DNA of 47,408 nt from UHGV virus genome UHGV-1361589, one strand, 5' to 3'. Shown here one piece after another: positions 7,800 through 18,891 of the stretch (position 1 is the stretch's first letter; each line of letters opens with the position of its first letter). The translations under genes were made by a program, and so were the position numbers. Source of the DNA: a virus. The notes under the pieces are model-generated. The model saw nothing but the letters and a program-made list of their open reading frames with translations. It was not told the origin of the DNA and made no database searches.

Positions 7800-10277
7800 T
7801 TACAGATACCCGAATGAAGGATGGTTATCGGAGAACATCCATACAGGAAGTTTTACGTAGATAGTTCCGACAAAACCAGTAAACAAGAATCCGAGATATG
7901 AATACTGGCCTCCGGTTAACTGTACTGCAAGAGGCTTAGTACCCATATAATCGTTAGCGGTGATTGATATCGTGGAGTTAGCCAGAGAGGTAAGGATATT
8001 TTGCGCCGAACTCTGGTTAACGCCATACAAGTTTTCAGTGTCGGTAACTGCGCCTGTAGACAGGTTAGCTGATCGCGTAACGCTGGAGATCGCCCTCGCG
8101 ACGGCAGACACGTTAACGGCGCCGGTTGCAGCTGCCGCTTTTATGGAGCAAAAGCCGTGCGCATGCTGTGTATTACGTGCGGGGTATTGCGCAAGGCTAT
8201 GCAATAACTGCACCGTTTCACTAGCAGACGTTAACGTTATTTTAACCGGGATCAAGCCATCACTATCAGCGTCCCCCGCGCCACCGTATACGCACGTAGC
8301 GGACCCGGTCTTAATACACCAAAAATCCGTCAAACCTCGGGTTGTTGGGACGTTAGCGTTTTCTGTTCCTGAGAGTAACAACACGTTATTAATTTTGTAA
8401 CCATACTGACCGTCATAAGAAGGTAAGAATCTGTACGTCTGACCACTGTTAGGGTACTTAATACGAATTCTTGCCAGGTTAGCAGGGTTATATGATTTCC
8501 ACGCCGAATACGCGCCGTTAACATACGGAGCACGGCAGAAAATATCAACATTATCCATATCGAGAACGGTTCGAATTGTTGTCCCAAATACGATATCTCG
8601 AACACCACCATAAACATCACCGACACCAGTATTAGGATACCATTGAACCGCGTCAGTCATTTTTAGATTATTCTCGCCAGCAGTGGTTGTGCGGGTCGGA
8701 CAATTAAGCAGCTTACCGGCATTACCTTCCACGTGACCACCAGAAATAATAGTTTTCCCTAAGTTCTTCGGGCCGCAGAATACAACGTCACCACCGTTAT
8801 AATCGATGTTACAATCTTTGAGAGTGATAAAGTCCCCTCGATCATCTCTGGATAGAGCATGGCTAAAGTTATCAGCGATGAGGCATGAATCTACCAGCAT
8901 TCTTTCCCCGGAGTTAGCCCATTGAGCTGTCGACCCCGAGATAGCAGTCCTGGTGGCGATACCAATATTGTTGAACGTAAAATGGCAACCGCGAATCCAC
9001 GGGATATAGGTATCTACCGAGCCGAATCGAAGCCCCTCGGCGAAGCCAGATACACGCAAATCAAATACCCGCGCGCCGCTACAGTGGGCATAAGACCCGC
9101 TGGGATAGGTGACGTTACCTACCCGCAGACCGGGATAGGTGGTAAAGTTCAGATTGCTAAGCGTATTACCACCTTTCAGCAACGCCCCGTTAGCGTAAAT
9201 ACCGCCCTCATTGTGGCCTGCGTTAGCACCCGCGCCTGAACCCCAGCCGGGGCCGTTATTCAGGAACATCATGTTTTGCGTCAGCCCGGTAAACTCGTTT
9301 GACACGACTAACGCTGTTTCCGAGTTAAAGGCGGAGTAATCCAGAATAGCACCCTGTGGCAAATGTAATGCCAGGAAAGTGGGTATTTTTACTGCTGCCG
9401 TCATTGTAAAAGTGGTGACGCCATCCGCCCGCGGGTTTGCAGGGACAACTAATTTAGATCCAATACCGCCGGCAACAAAACCGCGGCTAATTACTTTAGA
9501 AACTTTATGGCTGATTATGAGGTTAAGACATTGCGCCAGGTTATTTAAAGAATCAGAATATCCTGCTAAAAATACGTTGGTTCCGTTACTAATATCTGCG
9601 TCCCACACTTCACCGCCGGGAGTCACGAAACGGCTGTAGCCATCATCAATTGCGTCAGATGGGGCTGGGTTGTGGGTCATGATCGCATTCAATAACGGTC
9701 CACCGGTTACAGCACGTGCAAGAATAACACTTCCACCGGAAATGGGAGGTTCTAACAGACGTAATGCCGCAACGGTGCTTACTTTCCCGATATAAGATAA
9801 GCCAGCAGGAGATGATAAGTCCTGTCTTAAATTTGCATCACCAACGCTTACCAGATGAGTAACATCAGTGGTCCACGACGCGCTATTAATTCCAGTGGTT
9901 GTATATGGTGGATTAGTGCCAGCATTTAAACGCCAGAACTCATTCTGATAACGAATTACTTGATTAATACCTGTTATTGTATATGGCCCGTCCTCATAGT
10001 CTCCTAAAAACTGATAACCAGAGTTTAAGAGAAATTGCTGAAATCTGTCTTCCTTATCTTCCTGTGACACCTCGAATTCAGACTCCCTTTGAGTCTGTGC
10101 GTCCTGAAACTGCTTATTCCTGCCGGTATTCGTCAGCCTCTGCACGCTGAATCGGTCGGTGTAGTAATCAGCGCTTCCGTTAACCTCTTCATCAATCTTT
10201 CCGGCGTTAAACTTCAGGTCGCGCGGATCTTCAGAAGGGATTGGCTTATTAGTTGGGGTAGTAGCCATTGGCTGCAA
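7800..10277 (-). CDS. tail fibre/tailspike with right-handed beta-helix (pectate-lyase-like, putative polysaccharide depolymerase)
   Basis: 825 aa. The central region has repetitive G/N-rich beta-helix rungs (NIDYNGGDVVFCGPKNLGKTIISGGHVEGNAG...). It is the last gene of the tail module. Confidence 0.55.
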   Translation of the reverse strand: MQPMATTPTNKPIPSEDPRDLKFNAGKIDEEVNGSADYYTDRFSVQRLTNTGRNKQFQDAQTQRESEFEVSQEDKEDRFQQFLLNSGYQFLGDYEDGPYTITGINQVIRYQNEFWRLNAGTNPPYTTTGINSASWTTDVTHLVSVGDANLRQDLSSPAGLSYIGKVSTVAALRLLEPPISGGSVILARAVTGGPLLNAIMTHNPAPSDAIDDGYSRFVTPGGEVWDADISNGTNVFLAGYSDSLNNLAQCLNLIISHKVSKVISRGFVAGGIGSKLVVPANPRADGVTTFTMTAAVKIPTFLALHLPQGAILDYSAFNSETALVVSNEFTGLTQNMMFLNNGPGWGSGAGANAGHNEGGIYANGALLKGGNTLSNLNFTTYPGLRVGNVTYPSGSYAHCSGARVFDLRVSGFAEGLRFGSVDTYIPWIRGCHFTFNNIGIATRTAISGSTAQWANSGERMLVDSCLIADNFSHALSRDDRGDFITLKDCNIDYNGGDVVFCGPKNLGKTIISGGHVEGNAGKLLNCPTRTTTAGENNLKMTDAVQWYPNTGVGDVYGGVRDIVFGTTIRTVLDMDNVDIFCRAPYVNGAYSAWKSYNPANLARIRIKYPNSGQTYRFLPSYDGQYGYKINNVLLLSGTENANVPTTRGLTDFWCIKTGSATCVYGGAGDADSDGLIPVKITLTSASETVQLLHSLAQYPARNTQHAHGFCSIKAAAATGAVNVSAVARAISSVTRSANLSTGAVTDTENLYGVNQSSAQNILTSLANSTISITANDYMGTKPLAVQLTGGQYSYLGFLFTGFVGTIYVKLPVWMFSDNHPSFGYL

Positions 10278-10306
10278 TCTCCATAATCATTAATTGCCCT
10301 ATTGTA

Positions 10307-12787
10307 TCATGCAACAGGGTTGGTGTAGGCGTACATGGCGTCATTGTACTCAGTTACTGTAAGAGATACCGTGCCATCTGTACCTGGAGTTTTCTGGCTG
10401 ACTGTCCATAAAGTTGAGTCAAGCTCAACCTCTGTTGAGATGGCATATCTTGATTCTGACTGAACATTAACACCATCAAAAATGTTTAACTCGAAGTCAG
10501 ATGGTAATGCGCACTCGAATGTATTCAGTCCAGTAACGGTACAAGCCAAACGCTCTGACACATTACCATTGGCGCCGGTGATAACCACAAACAGGCCGCT
10601 TCCAGCCGTGAGCTGCTCACTGGTGGTGAATGTGTTTCCAGACCTTGAGCGGATAACGCCTGTTTGCTGTACAGAATCATAAATATCGACAACAGAAATC
10701 ATATCGCCAACGTTCACCCACTCGCCATCAGCAAGCGCTTTTATCTCCATCCCTCGGCGTGAGTACATCAGGCGATTGCACTCAAGCATAGCCCGGTCTG
10801 TTGCCTGATACAGGTTTCGAACATATAGCATGTCGAATTTTTTCGGCTTAGTTGGCTCTCCTGGTTCGATACCAGATGTTCCAACTTTATAATAAACGTA
10901 ATCCTGTTTGTTGGTGTTTGGGTCTCGGTACTGAACGCTTACGCCATCATATGACCCCGGCAAAGTCATGTCATAAGAAATTTTGTAGCCATCGGCCTGC
11001 GTGTTTCTGGTATTGAACACAGTTTCAGGAGTTGATTTTTGCTCATCTCTTGAAAAAGATAAAACGCCATCATCCCAAAAAACCGTTACGCGAGCTGCAT
11101 CACATATGGTTTGAATTCTTTCACCGATCGATTTATCCTCATCGTCAAATGTGTAATCAAAATACCCAAGACGCTCATCAGGCAGCGCATCAGCTATTTC
11201 ATAGAGCCTTCCCACGTCAATGGTGCTTTCAGGCTGACCAGCAGTAATAAGCCAGTTATGCAGCACTGAATCTGCAAAACTTCTTGATGGCGTTAACGTA
11301 TAGTCTACTGTACCGGTTGTTCTGTTGTATCCAATAGTCCAGCGGGTAATCAGCGCATTATATTTTCGCTCAGTAACTGATGTGGGCTGAAGCGTGGCCT
11401 TCACTGTCACTTTAACAAGGGTGTCATCAGGATAAACCACATTCTCGCGGATGTTGATAGCGTGCGCCGCCTGCAACGTTACGCGGTTGCCAGAGTTTGA
11501 GTTGTTTGTCCTTTCAATGCTGATGGCATACTTAGCCAGCCCATAAGCAGGAGTTAATTTATACGTGCGATAATAGGTTTTTGTTGTCTGATTGAATGGG
11601 TTGTCAATACTATCTGCGACCTGCTCCTCAGTTCCGGGAATTGCGTCTCCATTATCATCAACCGCCCATACCTTGATCAGATAATCAGCCGTGCCACTGG
11701 TTGGCCCAAGCTCAGACTGAACGTGAACCCATACCTGCGTCGACTCCACGGCTCCAACATATGGGCCAACAACAAGCGCCTCATTATCCACAATCTGGAA
11801 ATAAGTATTGTTGATGGTTGCGCCGCTCAGGTTGCCAAGATTTGCGCCAGTCAGGTTATTGAATGTGAAATTATAAAAATACTGAATATCAGGAATGACG
11901 CCAGTTTCAGTCTCCTCAGCTGAAATGATGTTGCCACTAAGCTGGATGTTTTCAGTAACTGGCCCTGATGTAGAGTTGTAGGTGATATTTATTGTTAATG
12001 ACACAGAGTGCGGTAAAGATAACCCCATAAAGTAATCGAAATCAGTGTTTTTTGGTATGACCATTAACAACTGACCGCCAGCATAATCTCCACTGGTAAC
12101 AGATGTCGTGGTCGCTGTCTCTATCGGGGTGTCCTCTGACTCGTTCAGTCCTGGAACCTCCTGACCATCAAGTCCGTCGAACTGGTAAGGCTCAATGATT
12201 TGCCCGATCACATCACCTGGATTGTAGATGATATGAGTGGCGCCGGGCAGAGAACCAAGATTAGTTTCCGCATAGCGAACCGATGAAATGGTGTATTTCC
12301 CAAGGCCAAAGTTCATGAACTCAGTGACGTACTTAAGATCGTCAATGTATTCAAAAAGCGATTCCTGAATCAGGTCAGGGAATGCCCTTATCTGACCGAA
12401 GTTGTCAGGTCTTGCCTCTCCGTTTCGCGCAATATTGGTTTGCGATTTCAGGCTGTTATTGGGTGATTCAACCGTCGCTCCAGTGCTGGTTGATGGCGTT
12501 GATGCTTTTGGCAGCAGAAAAGAAAGAACCTTAGTTACAGGCTTGAGTATCGTGCTGATAAGGTCGCCAATGGCGCCGCGAGGCTGACAGTAAATGTTAA
12601 CAATATCGTTTTGCTTTAACGATATCGACAATTCATCATCAGGGCCAAAAATGCGGCCATTCAGCGCAATCCTGATATCAGATGGAAGGCCGGAATTCTC
12701 CAGCCATCTCCACAGATTAGTGCCAGCAGGAACATTGCCCGTCTCTTTTGGAACTCCTGGCATCTTCTGAATGTGAATAACCGGCAT
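10307..12787 (-). CDS. tail tip protein, lambda gpI-like N-terminus fused to gpJ-like central fibre
   Basis: 826 aa. The N-terminus ([26 protein letters not shown]) resembles the gpI ubiquitin-like tail assembly fold. The large C-terminal body follows the K-like gene, as in the lambda M-L-K-I-J order. Confidence 0.5.
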   Translation of the reverse strand: MPVIHIQKMPGVPKETGNVPAGTNLWRWLENSGLPSDIRIALNGRIFGPDDELSISLKQNDIVNIYCQPRGAIGDLISTILKPVTKVLSFLLPKASTPSTSTGATVESPNNSLKSQTNIARNGEARPDNFGQIRAFPDLIQESLFEYIDDLKYVTEFMNFGLGKYTISSVRYAETNLGSLPGATHIIYNPGDVIGQIIEPYQFDGLDGQEVPGLNESEDTPIETATTTSVTSGDYAGGQLLMVIPKNTDFDYFMGLSLPHSVSLTINITYNSTSGPVTENIQLSGNIISAEETETGVIPDIQYFYNFTFNNLTGANLGNLSGATINNTYFQIVDNEALVVGPYVGAVESTQVWVHVQSELGPTSGTADYLIKVWAVDDNGDAIPGTEEQVADSIDNPFNQTTKTYYRTYKLTPAYGLAKYAISIERTNNSNSGNRVTLQAAHAINIRENVVYPDDTLVKVTVKATLQPTSVTERKYNALITRWTIGYNRTTGTVDYTLTPSRSFADSVLHNWLITAGQPESTIDVGRLYEIADALPDERLGYFDYTFDDEDKSIGERIQTICDAARVTVFWDDGVLSFSRDEQKSTPETVFNTRNTQADGYKISYDMTLPGSYDGVSVQYRDPNTNKQDYVYYKVGTSGIEPGEPTKPKKFDMLYVRNLYQATDRAMLECNRLMYSRRGMEIKALADGEWVNVGDMISVVDIYDSVQQTGVIRSRSGNTFTTSEQLTAGSGLFVVITGANGNVSERLACTVTGLNTFECALPSDFELNIFDGVNVQSESRYAISTEVELDSTLWTVSQKTPGTDGTVSLTVTEYNDAMYAYTNPVA

Positions 12788-13142
12788 AAGTCAGGAACCT
12801 TAATTTTGTTGATAATTTTTCGAGTGTTTTAAGGCGGTCTGTCTTGACTGCCGTTTTCTCTCGCGCATGCAGTATTTTATCACGACCCCACCACAGCGCG
12901 ACATGTACCGGATAACTCCCGCGATAGGCAACCACCACATCGCCAATTTTTGGCCGACCGGTGTCTTTCCAGAATGAAACTTCTCCATTGAAACAAGTGA
13001 CAAAATCGCCGCCATTTGAATATGAGTCATCATGATGAACATTAACATTCATGCACAGGCGATAGAACAGCACCACCAGACCCCAGCAGTCTACCGCGTC
13101 AACGTGACAACACCTGTCGACGTATGGCTTGCCAAGCATCAT
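12717..13142 (-). CDS. tail assembly protein, NlpC/P60 family (lambda gpK-like)
   Basis: [22 protein letters not shown] matches the NlpC/P60 catalytic Cys region. The start is placed at MMLGKPY to avoid overlap with the L-like gene. Confidence 0.5.
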   Translation of the reverse strand: MMLGKPYVDRCCHVDAVDCWGLVVLFYRLCMNVNVHHDDSYSNGGDFVTCFNGEVSFWKDTGRPKIGDVVVAYRGSYPVHVALWWGRDKILHAREKTAVKTDRLKTLEKLSTKLRFLTYAGYSHSEDARSSKRDGQCSCWH

Positions 13143-13155
13143 CCTCTCAAAATCG

Positions 13156-13626
13156 TCAAACGGTACGCAATCCAGGGAATTCTGTGATGTCATAAAGTTT
13201 TGCCACGTTGCCATTGATTGGGTTTTTTATGGAGATAGAGACAGTTACATCAGACTTATCAAGCGTCACATTGTTAACATAAAGCGTATATGGTTTTAAT
13301 GGTGTGTCTTTGTCAGTCTCGTCAAAACGCTGGTATAAAGCAGTGATAGGCTCAATACGTCCAGAGCCTGACCATAACTTTAAATATTGCTTAAAGTCAT
13401 TAGCCAGTCTTGCAAACTTCAGCGTGGCATTGATTACCGGCGTGTTTGATTGCTGACTTCTGGTCACGTCCATGCGCACTGGCTGGTAATTCTGACCACC
13501 AAGCACAACATCAGAAAACTCATTGCCAACAAGTCTGACATAACCAAATGAAGAGTGATAAAAGGTTATGGTGTCATACAGCTTCCAGTTTGGCCTTTTT
13601 GACTGGTATTCACGCAATGTTGGCAT
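13156..13626 (-). CDS. minor tail protein (lambda gpL-like)
   Basis: 156 aa, positioned between the M-like and K-like genes. Confidence 0.45.
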   Translation of the reverse strand: MPTLREYQSKRPNWKLYDTITFYHSSFGYVRLVGNEFSDVVLGGQNYQPVRMDVTRSQQSNTPVINATLKFARLANDFKQYLKLWSGSGRIEPITALYQRFDETDKDTPLKPYTLYVNNVTLDKSDVTVSISIKNPINGNVAKLYDITEFPGLRTV

Positions 13627-14096
13627 TATGGATACTCCGGCAAATCCCTGTTAACGACTTCATCGAGCCATGAATACCATCTCTCATCAAGCTCAACAAG
13701 CACATCATCAAACTCATCCATGGAGTTATTGAGGGTTCTACAGATGACATTTCCAGTCCATGTGACGATGCCGCCATTGATGCTTGTCTGCACGGGGTAA
13801 TCAGTAAAGTGCAAAGTCTGATTCTGTAATCCGCTGCCACCAAGATCGATATCCATCGTGAACCATTCATTGCACTTGTTGAGATAATTTGGGCTTCTCA
13901 ACCACTGCATAAATGCCCGCTCCTGCCTGAGCGTGAAAACCCACGTCAAACTCCATGTTACTGCAACATCGGTAGTTAACTTTTGAAATATTGGCGCCCC
14001 TACCGCAGGCTGATCGCTGCGGAATGGGGTTTGAGTCGTCATGTTCTTGCTGGCACGCTGCGCAAGCGGTAGCCATGATGGGTAAGCTATAGCCAT
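13626..14096 (-). CDS. minor tail protein (lambda gpM-like / distal tail protein)
   Basis: 156 aa, immediately downstream of the tape measure with an ATG/stop overlap. Confidence 0.4.
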   Translation of the reverse strand: MAIAYPSWLPLAQRASKNMTTQTPFRSDQPAVGAPIFQKLTTDVAVTWSLTWVFTLRQERAFMQWLRSPNYLNKCNEWFTMDIDLGGSGLQNQTLHFTDYPVQTSINGGIVTWTGNVICRTLNNSMDEFDDVLVELDERWYSWLDEVVNRDLPEYP

Positions 14097-17000
14097 TATT
14101 CTGTTGCCCTTCTGGTTGCAGTGGTGTTGCTGGTAATGGCCTGAGAAATAGGGCCGCCATTTTCTATGTCGGCAACGATAGTCTCAATTGTAACAGACCC
14201 GTCACCATTATCCGTTGCGGTTGATGTGGCTGTTGCTCCGCTGCTGTTATTGGTGACATTATTGTAAATAATGATACCACTGCCACCGCCGCTAAGGTCT
14301 TTGTTGCTGATAACCTTTCCGTTGTCGCCAGGTATCATGTACTGATTGCCATTGCTGGCTTGGAAGATTTCAGGTAGGTTGTTCTCGCCGACCTGATACA
14401 TTGAGCCAGCTTGAGCTGGACCACCATTTTTCAGCGCCCCCGCAACAGACATTGCTTGAGCCACGCCAACAGTTGAAACAATTCCGGCCTGAGCGGGGAT
14501 TGCGTTGGCTCCAGCCGTGGCAAGTGAGGTCATTGCCGCTGCCGGGGCCATAGCCGCTGCGATTATCTGAGCCTGAGTCGCTGCCATCGTTGAGGCTGCT
14601 GTCATTCCAACCTGCCCCATAATCACTGATTTAACCCACTCCACACCCATCTGAACGAATGAGTTAATCACAGCGTTCAACACAGTGCTGCCGATTGACT
14701 GTAGCGCCTCGCTAACAGACATTGAGCCAGTCAGAACACCAGTTAAGGCATTGCTTGCCGTTTGCCCAAAAGCATCAAATGCAGCAGCTGCTGCTTGCGT
14801 AGCCGCATTTTGCTGACTCCACTCCTGCCACATGGCATCAAGGCGCTGCTGGCGGTATTGCTCCTCAATAGCTGCTCTGGCCTGCTCAACCTCCGCTATC
14901 TTTTGCGGGTAAGCTACCGCGTAAGCATTGAGCGCTGCTAAATCTTTCTGATAATTTGTTTCAACGGCAAACATTGGTGATGTCTGCGATTTTAATGCAG
15001 CAAAGCCTTTTACAGCTTCGGCTCTTTTTTTCTCCGCCTCTGCCTGAGCCTTGAGCGCGTTGGCATTATCCCATGCCTTAGCCGCATATTGCCCGGCAAG
15101 GTTAATTTGCTCCTGAGTGGCTCCCTTGCCCAGTGATTGCTGAGCAACCAGTATTGACTGTTCGCGGCTAAGCTCTCTTGTGCTTTCAGCGGTAAGCAAT
15201 GACTTCTGGCGGAGTTCCTCAAGTTTATTGGCGATATTCTCCTGCTCTGTGGCTGCTTTTTGCGCCGCTGATTGCGCATCATTTTGCGCTTTACCCCTTG
15301 CTTTCTCGGCCTCATTTAAATCATATATCTGCCCTGCAAGTTCAGCAGCCCTTGCTATCTGATTGGGGTTATCAGTTACCTTTTGAGCCTCCAGCCGTGC
15401 TTTTGTTACCGCCCTTTGTCTTTCATCCTGTATTTTTAAAAGCTGATTCTGCTCCTCAAGGCTGAGAATCATCTTATCAGCTTCTTCTGTTGGTGGTGAC
15501 ACCTGCAAGGATTTTGGGTTGAAGTTTTGCCCGGCCTGATTCGCTCGGTTTATCTCATCGGCAGTCAGGCCAAATGCTCTTGCCACCGCTCCTTGCACTC
15601 TCTCAAGAGTCGACCCTTTCTCAATCAGGCTATCATGCACCCCCATTGAGGTAAGCATGTTGTTTGTTAGGGTTCTGCTTGCTTCTGATGCCGTGTCCTG
15701 AGTTCTTGCTAGTTTATCCTGAGCATCAGCTAAATCTCTTGATTTTTTATTTAATTCATTGAGCACCCTTTCCTGATCGGAAGCAAATTGAGACCCTTGA
15801 CCAAGAGATTCTGCCACCTCTTGCGCGGCAGGAGTGAAGCTGAGATACCTCTCACGAAGTGCATCAACTTCGCTTTGTAGATTTCTCACAACATCCTTTT
15901 GCGCCGAAATTGAAATATTGGCGTCAGCTATCACCCCCCTGAGTTGGGTATTGTTCATCGCCTTCATTGAGGCGTTAACTTTATCCAGGCCATCAGCAAA
16001 GCGGATTGCCTCTTCTCTGGCTTGCTGTGCTTTCTGCCAGAAGTAAAATATTGCCCCCGCCGCTAACATCGCCGCACCCGCTGGACCGCCTATCAATGAA
16101 AGCGCACCTCTGGCAAGGCCAATTCCTACTGATGCAGCACTTGCCGCTGATGCTGCTCTCGCTGATGCGGCAGCCTGTGCGTTTTCAGCCTGAGCAAGGG
16201 ATAGTGACGCGGCGCTCGCTCTTGATTTTGCTGCAACCAAAGCATCAAGCGCCAGCATCTCGGCTGCACTGCCTTTTGCTACGTTATATTCAGCCTGAGC
16301 AAGCGCCAGAGATGATAGTGCTGCCTCTTTATCAGCTAAAGCCTTCCTCTGTGCGGAGTTTGCAGCCACAAGTGCTGATTGTGCCTGCTGATTCTCGGCG
16401 ATCAATTGCTGTCTTGATGCGGCTATATCTGATATTTTCGCGGCAGTGGACATTGCCAGCGCGCCAACATAACGGCTCCCCATTACGCCAGCTACAATGG
16501 TTAGCGCCGTCCCGAGAGCCTGAATGTTTTCACTAGCCAGTATCACTGAGTCGCTAAAGATTTTTACGCCTGTTTTTACCGTTGCGTTTTCCCCAAAGAA
16601 TCTTGCAACGTTGTTCCCGGCTATCTCTAAGGACTGACTGATAGTAGAGGTTGTTTTGGCAAACTCCCTCCCAATACTGTCTCCCTGCGACAGGAGGCCA
16701 TTGACTATGACATCCGTTGTCAATTTGCCTTGGGCGGCCATATTTCTAAGCTCACCGATGCCAACCCCCAAAGAGTCGGCAAGAGCTATCATAAGCCGGT
16801 TGCCCTGCTCATTTACTGAGTTAAACTCATCTCCGCGAAGGGCGCCAGACGCCATGCCTTGTGCGAGCTGGATAATTGCGTTGCTTGCCTCTTCGGCTGA
16901 CGCGCCGGATACAACAAAACCCTGATTGATTATTGTTGTCAGCCTTGTCAGGTCTTCCACGCTTACACCGTAGCTTCTGGTAGACCTCTCAAGTCTGGCG

Positions 17001-17389
17001 TACAAGGTGGCCGTTGCGTCCAGTCCTGAGCGTGTTTTCTGCGCGATATCAAAAACACGATTAGTTACATCGGCAAGGGTTTCAAACGGCGGAACTGAAT
17101 CTCTGACGGCGTTAGAGAGTTTGTTACTCATATCCTGCCACGCCTGAGCATAGGCCCCGACCTGTTGCACGGAAAGCGCTGCAAGCAATCCCTTTGCGAC
17201 ACCAGTCAGGCTCGACATGGTTCCTTCCATTGAGCTTATAGAGCGCTCCGTCCTGTTTACACTGGCCTCGAGCCGCCCCATGTTCCCACTGAGGTCATTT
17301 AGCATCGACTCTATTTCACGACTGCCAGCCGCTAACTGAGATGTATCAATGCCAACCTCATAGACAATGCCGCCAACTTCTTCTGCCAT
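14096..17389 (-). CDS. tail tape measure protein
   Basis: 1097 aa. Ala/Gln-rich coiled-coil central region, hydrophobic Gly/Ala segments, and the canonical position downstream of the chaperone gene. Confidence 0.85.
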   Translation of the reverse strand: MAEEVGGIVYEVGIDTSQLAAGSREIESMLNDLSGNMGRLEASVNRTERSISSMEGTMSSLTGVAKGLLAALSVQQVGAYAQAWQDMSNKLSNAVRDSVPPFETLADVTNRVFDIAQKTRSGLDATATLYARLERSTRSYGVSVEDLTRLTTIINQGFVVSGASAEEASNAIIQLAQGMASGALRGDEFNSVNEQGNRLMIALADSLGVGIGELRNMAAQGKLTTDVIVNGLLSQGDSIGREFAKTTSTISQSLEIAGNNVARFFGENATVKTGVKIFSDSVILASENIQALGTALTIVAGVMGSRYVGALAMSTAAKISDIAASRQQLIAENQQAQSALVAANSAQRKALADKEAALSSLALAQAEYNVAKGSAAEMLALDALVAAKSRASAASLSLAQAENAQAAASARAASAASAASVGIGLARGALSLIGGPAGAAMLAAGAIFYFWQKAQQAREEAIRFADGLDKVNASMKAMNNTQLRGVIADANISISAQKDVVRNLQSEVDALRERYLSFTPAAQEVAESLGQGSQFASDQERVLNELNKKSRDLADAQDKLARTQDTASEASRTLTNNMLTSMGVHDSLIEKGSTLERVQGAVARAFGLTADEINRANQAGQNFNPKSLQVSPPTEEADKMILSLEEQNQLLKIQDERQRAVTKARLEAQKVTDNPNQIARAAELAGQIYDLNEAEKARGKAQNDAQSAAQKAATEQENIANKLEELRQKSLLTAESTRELSREQSILVAQQSLGKGATQEQINLAGQYAAKAWDNANALKAQAEAEKKRAEAVKGFAALKSQTSPMFAVETNYQKDLAALNAYAVAYPQKIAEVEQARAAIEEQYRQQRLDAMWQEWSQQNAATQAAAAAFDAFGQTASNALTGVLTGSMSVSEALQSIGSTVLNAVINSFVQMGVEWVKSVIMGQVGMTAASTMAATQAQIIAAAMAPAAAMTSLATAGANAIPAQAGIVSTVGVAQAMSVAGALKNGGPAQAGSMYQVGENNLPEIFQASNGNQYMIPGDNGKVISNKDLSGGGSGIIIYNNVTNNSSGATATSTATDNGDGSVTIETIVADIENGGPISQAITSNTTATRRATE

Positions 17390-18096
17390 TATTTTGCTCC
17401 TTTGCTTTTAGCGGCCTTTCTGGCGGCTTTCTCTTTCAGTTTCTGTTTATTGAGCTTAGCCCGTTCATAAGACGCATCATACTGCTCGCGCGTCATACCT
17501 TCCGGTTCCGGGTATTTTGATTTTATCATCTGCTGATACTCGGTCATGGTCAGGTCTTCTGCTTCCTCACGGGTGATTCCGAAATGGGTGCGAGCTGAGA
17601 TGATGTAATCCGACATTCTCAACTCACTGGTTGTGCGCTTTTGGTTTTCCGAGCGCTGAGGAACCTTGAGCGGAGACTTGCCGATGATGCCATGCTCCAT
17701 CAGGTTACGAGCAATAATAATAATGTCATTTACTGGCATTCTTCCGGTGACGTACTTTACACCACGTAGAGTTGGCTTCCATGACCCAATGAGCACCGAA
17801 ATATCATCATCGCAACAGGACTGCATGATGAGGCAGGCGGCGCTGAGCACTTTCTTGCCATAGGTAGGGCGTGACAGGATTTTTGCCACCTGAATCTGCG
17901 CGCCATACGGCATTGATTGAATAGCGCCGAGTATGGCTGCGTATTCATAGCCATTAAGCGTGGCGTACAGCTCGACAATCTCTTTCGGTGAGCCAAGCTC
18001 ATTCATCGCCGCAAATGATGGTTTGAAGAAAAAAGACTTGTCAGCCAGGGAGATGCGCATCTCTCCGATTTCTGTTAGCGGTGTGCGTTGTCTCAT
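17389..18096 (-). CDS. tail assembly chaperone
   Basis: 235 aa with a Lys-rich C-terminus, directly upstream of the tape measure (start/stop overlap). No separate G/GT frameshift pair was resolved by eye. Confidence 0.45.
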   Translation of the reverse strand: MRQRTPLTEIGEMRISLADKSFFFKPSFAAMNELGSPKEIVELYATLNGYEYAAILGAIQSMPYGAQIQVAKILSRPTYGKKVLSAACLIMQSCCDDDISVLIGSWKPTLRGVKYVTGRMPVNDIIIIARNLMEHGIIGKSPLKVPQRSENQKRTTSELRMSDYIISARTHFGITREEAEDLTMTEYQQMIKSKYPEPEGMTREQYDASYERAKLNKQKLKEKAARKAAKSKGAK

Positions 18097-18151
18097 GTCT
18101 AAATCCTGTTTTCATAATGACGTAATTATACCATTGACAGGGAGTGCAAGA

Positions 18152-18180
18152 CTGACGTAGATTGAAAGCATAAGGTGATT
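18152..18180 (+). promoter_or_regulatory. sigma70-like promoter (cTGACG-17-GTGATT) with TAGATTGA element
   Basis: CTGACGTAGATTGA at 18152-18165, upstream of the plus-strand cassette inside the tail module. Confidence 0.4.
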
Positions 18181-18193
18181 GAGGGTTTGACAT

Positions 18194-18322
18194 ATGAACG
18201 AGACTGATGCTGATTTGAGATTTTACATCGACCTTTACATCGATCAGGGTTACACCTATGAGGAGGCCCGCGTAAAGGCGATTTTGTTGCTGGCTAAGAT
18301 TGGCGTAGTGGTGGAGGATTAA
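18194..18322 (+). CDS. hypothetical small protein (tail-module moron cassette)
   Basis: 42 aa (MNETDADLRFYIDLYIDQGYTYEEARVKAILLLAKIGVVVED), translated by hand. Confidence 0.3.
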   Translation: MNETDADLRFYIDLYIDQGYTYEEARVKAILLLAKIGVVVED

Positions 18323-18324
18323 AA

Positions 18325-18477
18325 ATGCCAGTTAACAAAGACGACGAAGATGTGATATCTGCATATGCAGGTCAGCGCATCGACATAAACTATGCGATAG
18401 CAATTCACCTCAGGCGCGCTGAGTTTATTGCTAATCTGATTTTGTGGGGCATCAAGAACAAGACGAGGAAGGCGTGA
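18325..18477 (+). CDS. hypothetical small protein
   Basis: 50 aa (MPVNKDDEDVISAYAGQRIDINYAIAIHLRRAEF...). Confidence 0.3.
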   Translation: MPVNKDDEDVISAYAGQRIDINYAIAIHLRRAEFIANLILWGIKNKTRKA

Positions 18478-18818
18478 TGGATATTAAATCTGTATGTGAA
18501 GGTGATAGCACTCATTCCGATGGTGAATTTACATGCGTGAAAACATCATCTGGCGATGATAGCCGCTACGCCTGCGAGCAATATATCGATGCGCTTGTTA
18601 CTGTAGAGTTGGCTGCAAAACTGGCGATGATTGAAGGTCGTCAGATTAACAAATCAATCCGCGCGTGCTGGTCTGCAATCAGACCGAGAATTGATAATAA
18701 ATTAAACTGCCAGATATTTGACGGAATGGTCTCACAGTTTATGCCGCATGGCGCGCTGTGTATGCTGCGCCGACAGCTAGATAGGGCGATTAGTGAGGAA
18801 AGCGATGATGGCTCTTGA
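18477..18818 (+). CDS. hypothetical acidic protein
   Basis: 113 aa from MDIKSVCEGDSTHSDGEF.... The start overlaps the previous stop (TGATG). It is followed by a terminator. Confidence 0.4.
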   Translation: MDIKSVCEGDSTHSDGEFTCVKTSSGDDSRYACEQYIDALVTVELAAKLAMIEGRQINKSIRACWSAIRPRIDNKLNCQIFDGMVSQFMPHGALCMLRRQLDRAISEESDDGS

Positions 18819-18867
18819 CGATGATGATGCCACTTCAGGAATCCGCGCACCTTCACTGCTGAAAAAA

Positions 18868-18889
18868 TAAACCCCCTTTCGGGGGTTTT
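18868..18889. terminator. rho-independent terminator
   Basis: CCCCCTTTCGGGGG hairpin plus a T-run. Confidence 0.6.
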
Positions 18890-18891
18890 CT

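Noticed and set aside
7960-9640. Plus-strand ORFs (7960-8400, 8922-9239, 9379-9639) inside the tailspike gene and 11032-12587 inside the tail tip gene
   Set aside because: They are nested antisense frames within large structural genes, with no RBS or promoter support.
14096-17389. Multiple 60-180 aa ORFs on the opposite strand or in alternate frames inside the tape measure gene (e.g. 15010-15315, 15199-15465, 16006-16536, 16656-16925)
   Set aside because: They are fully nested in a long, well-supported coding region and are low-complexity Ala/Arg/Pro-rich translations of a GC-rich repetitive gene. They are typical antisense artefacts.
17389-18096. Programmed -1 frameshift (G/GT-type) in the tail assembly chaperone
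   Set aside because: The chaperone is a single continuous 235-aa ORF. I could not identify a slippery heptamer plus an overlapping extension by eye, so no frameshift is claimed.
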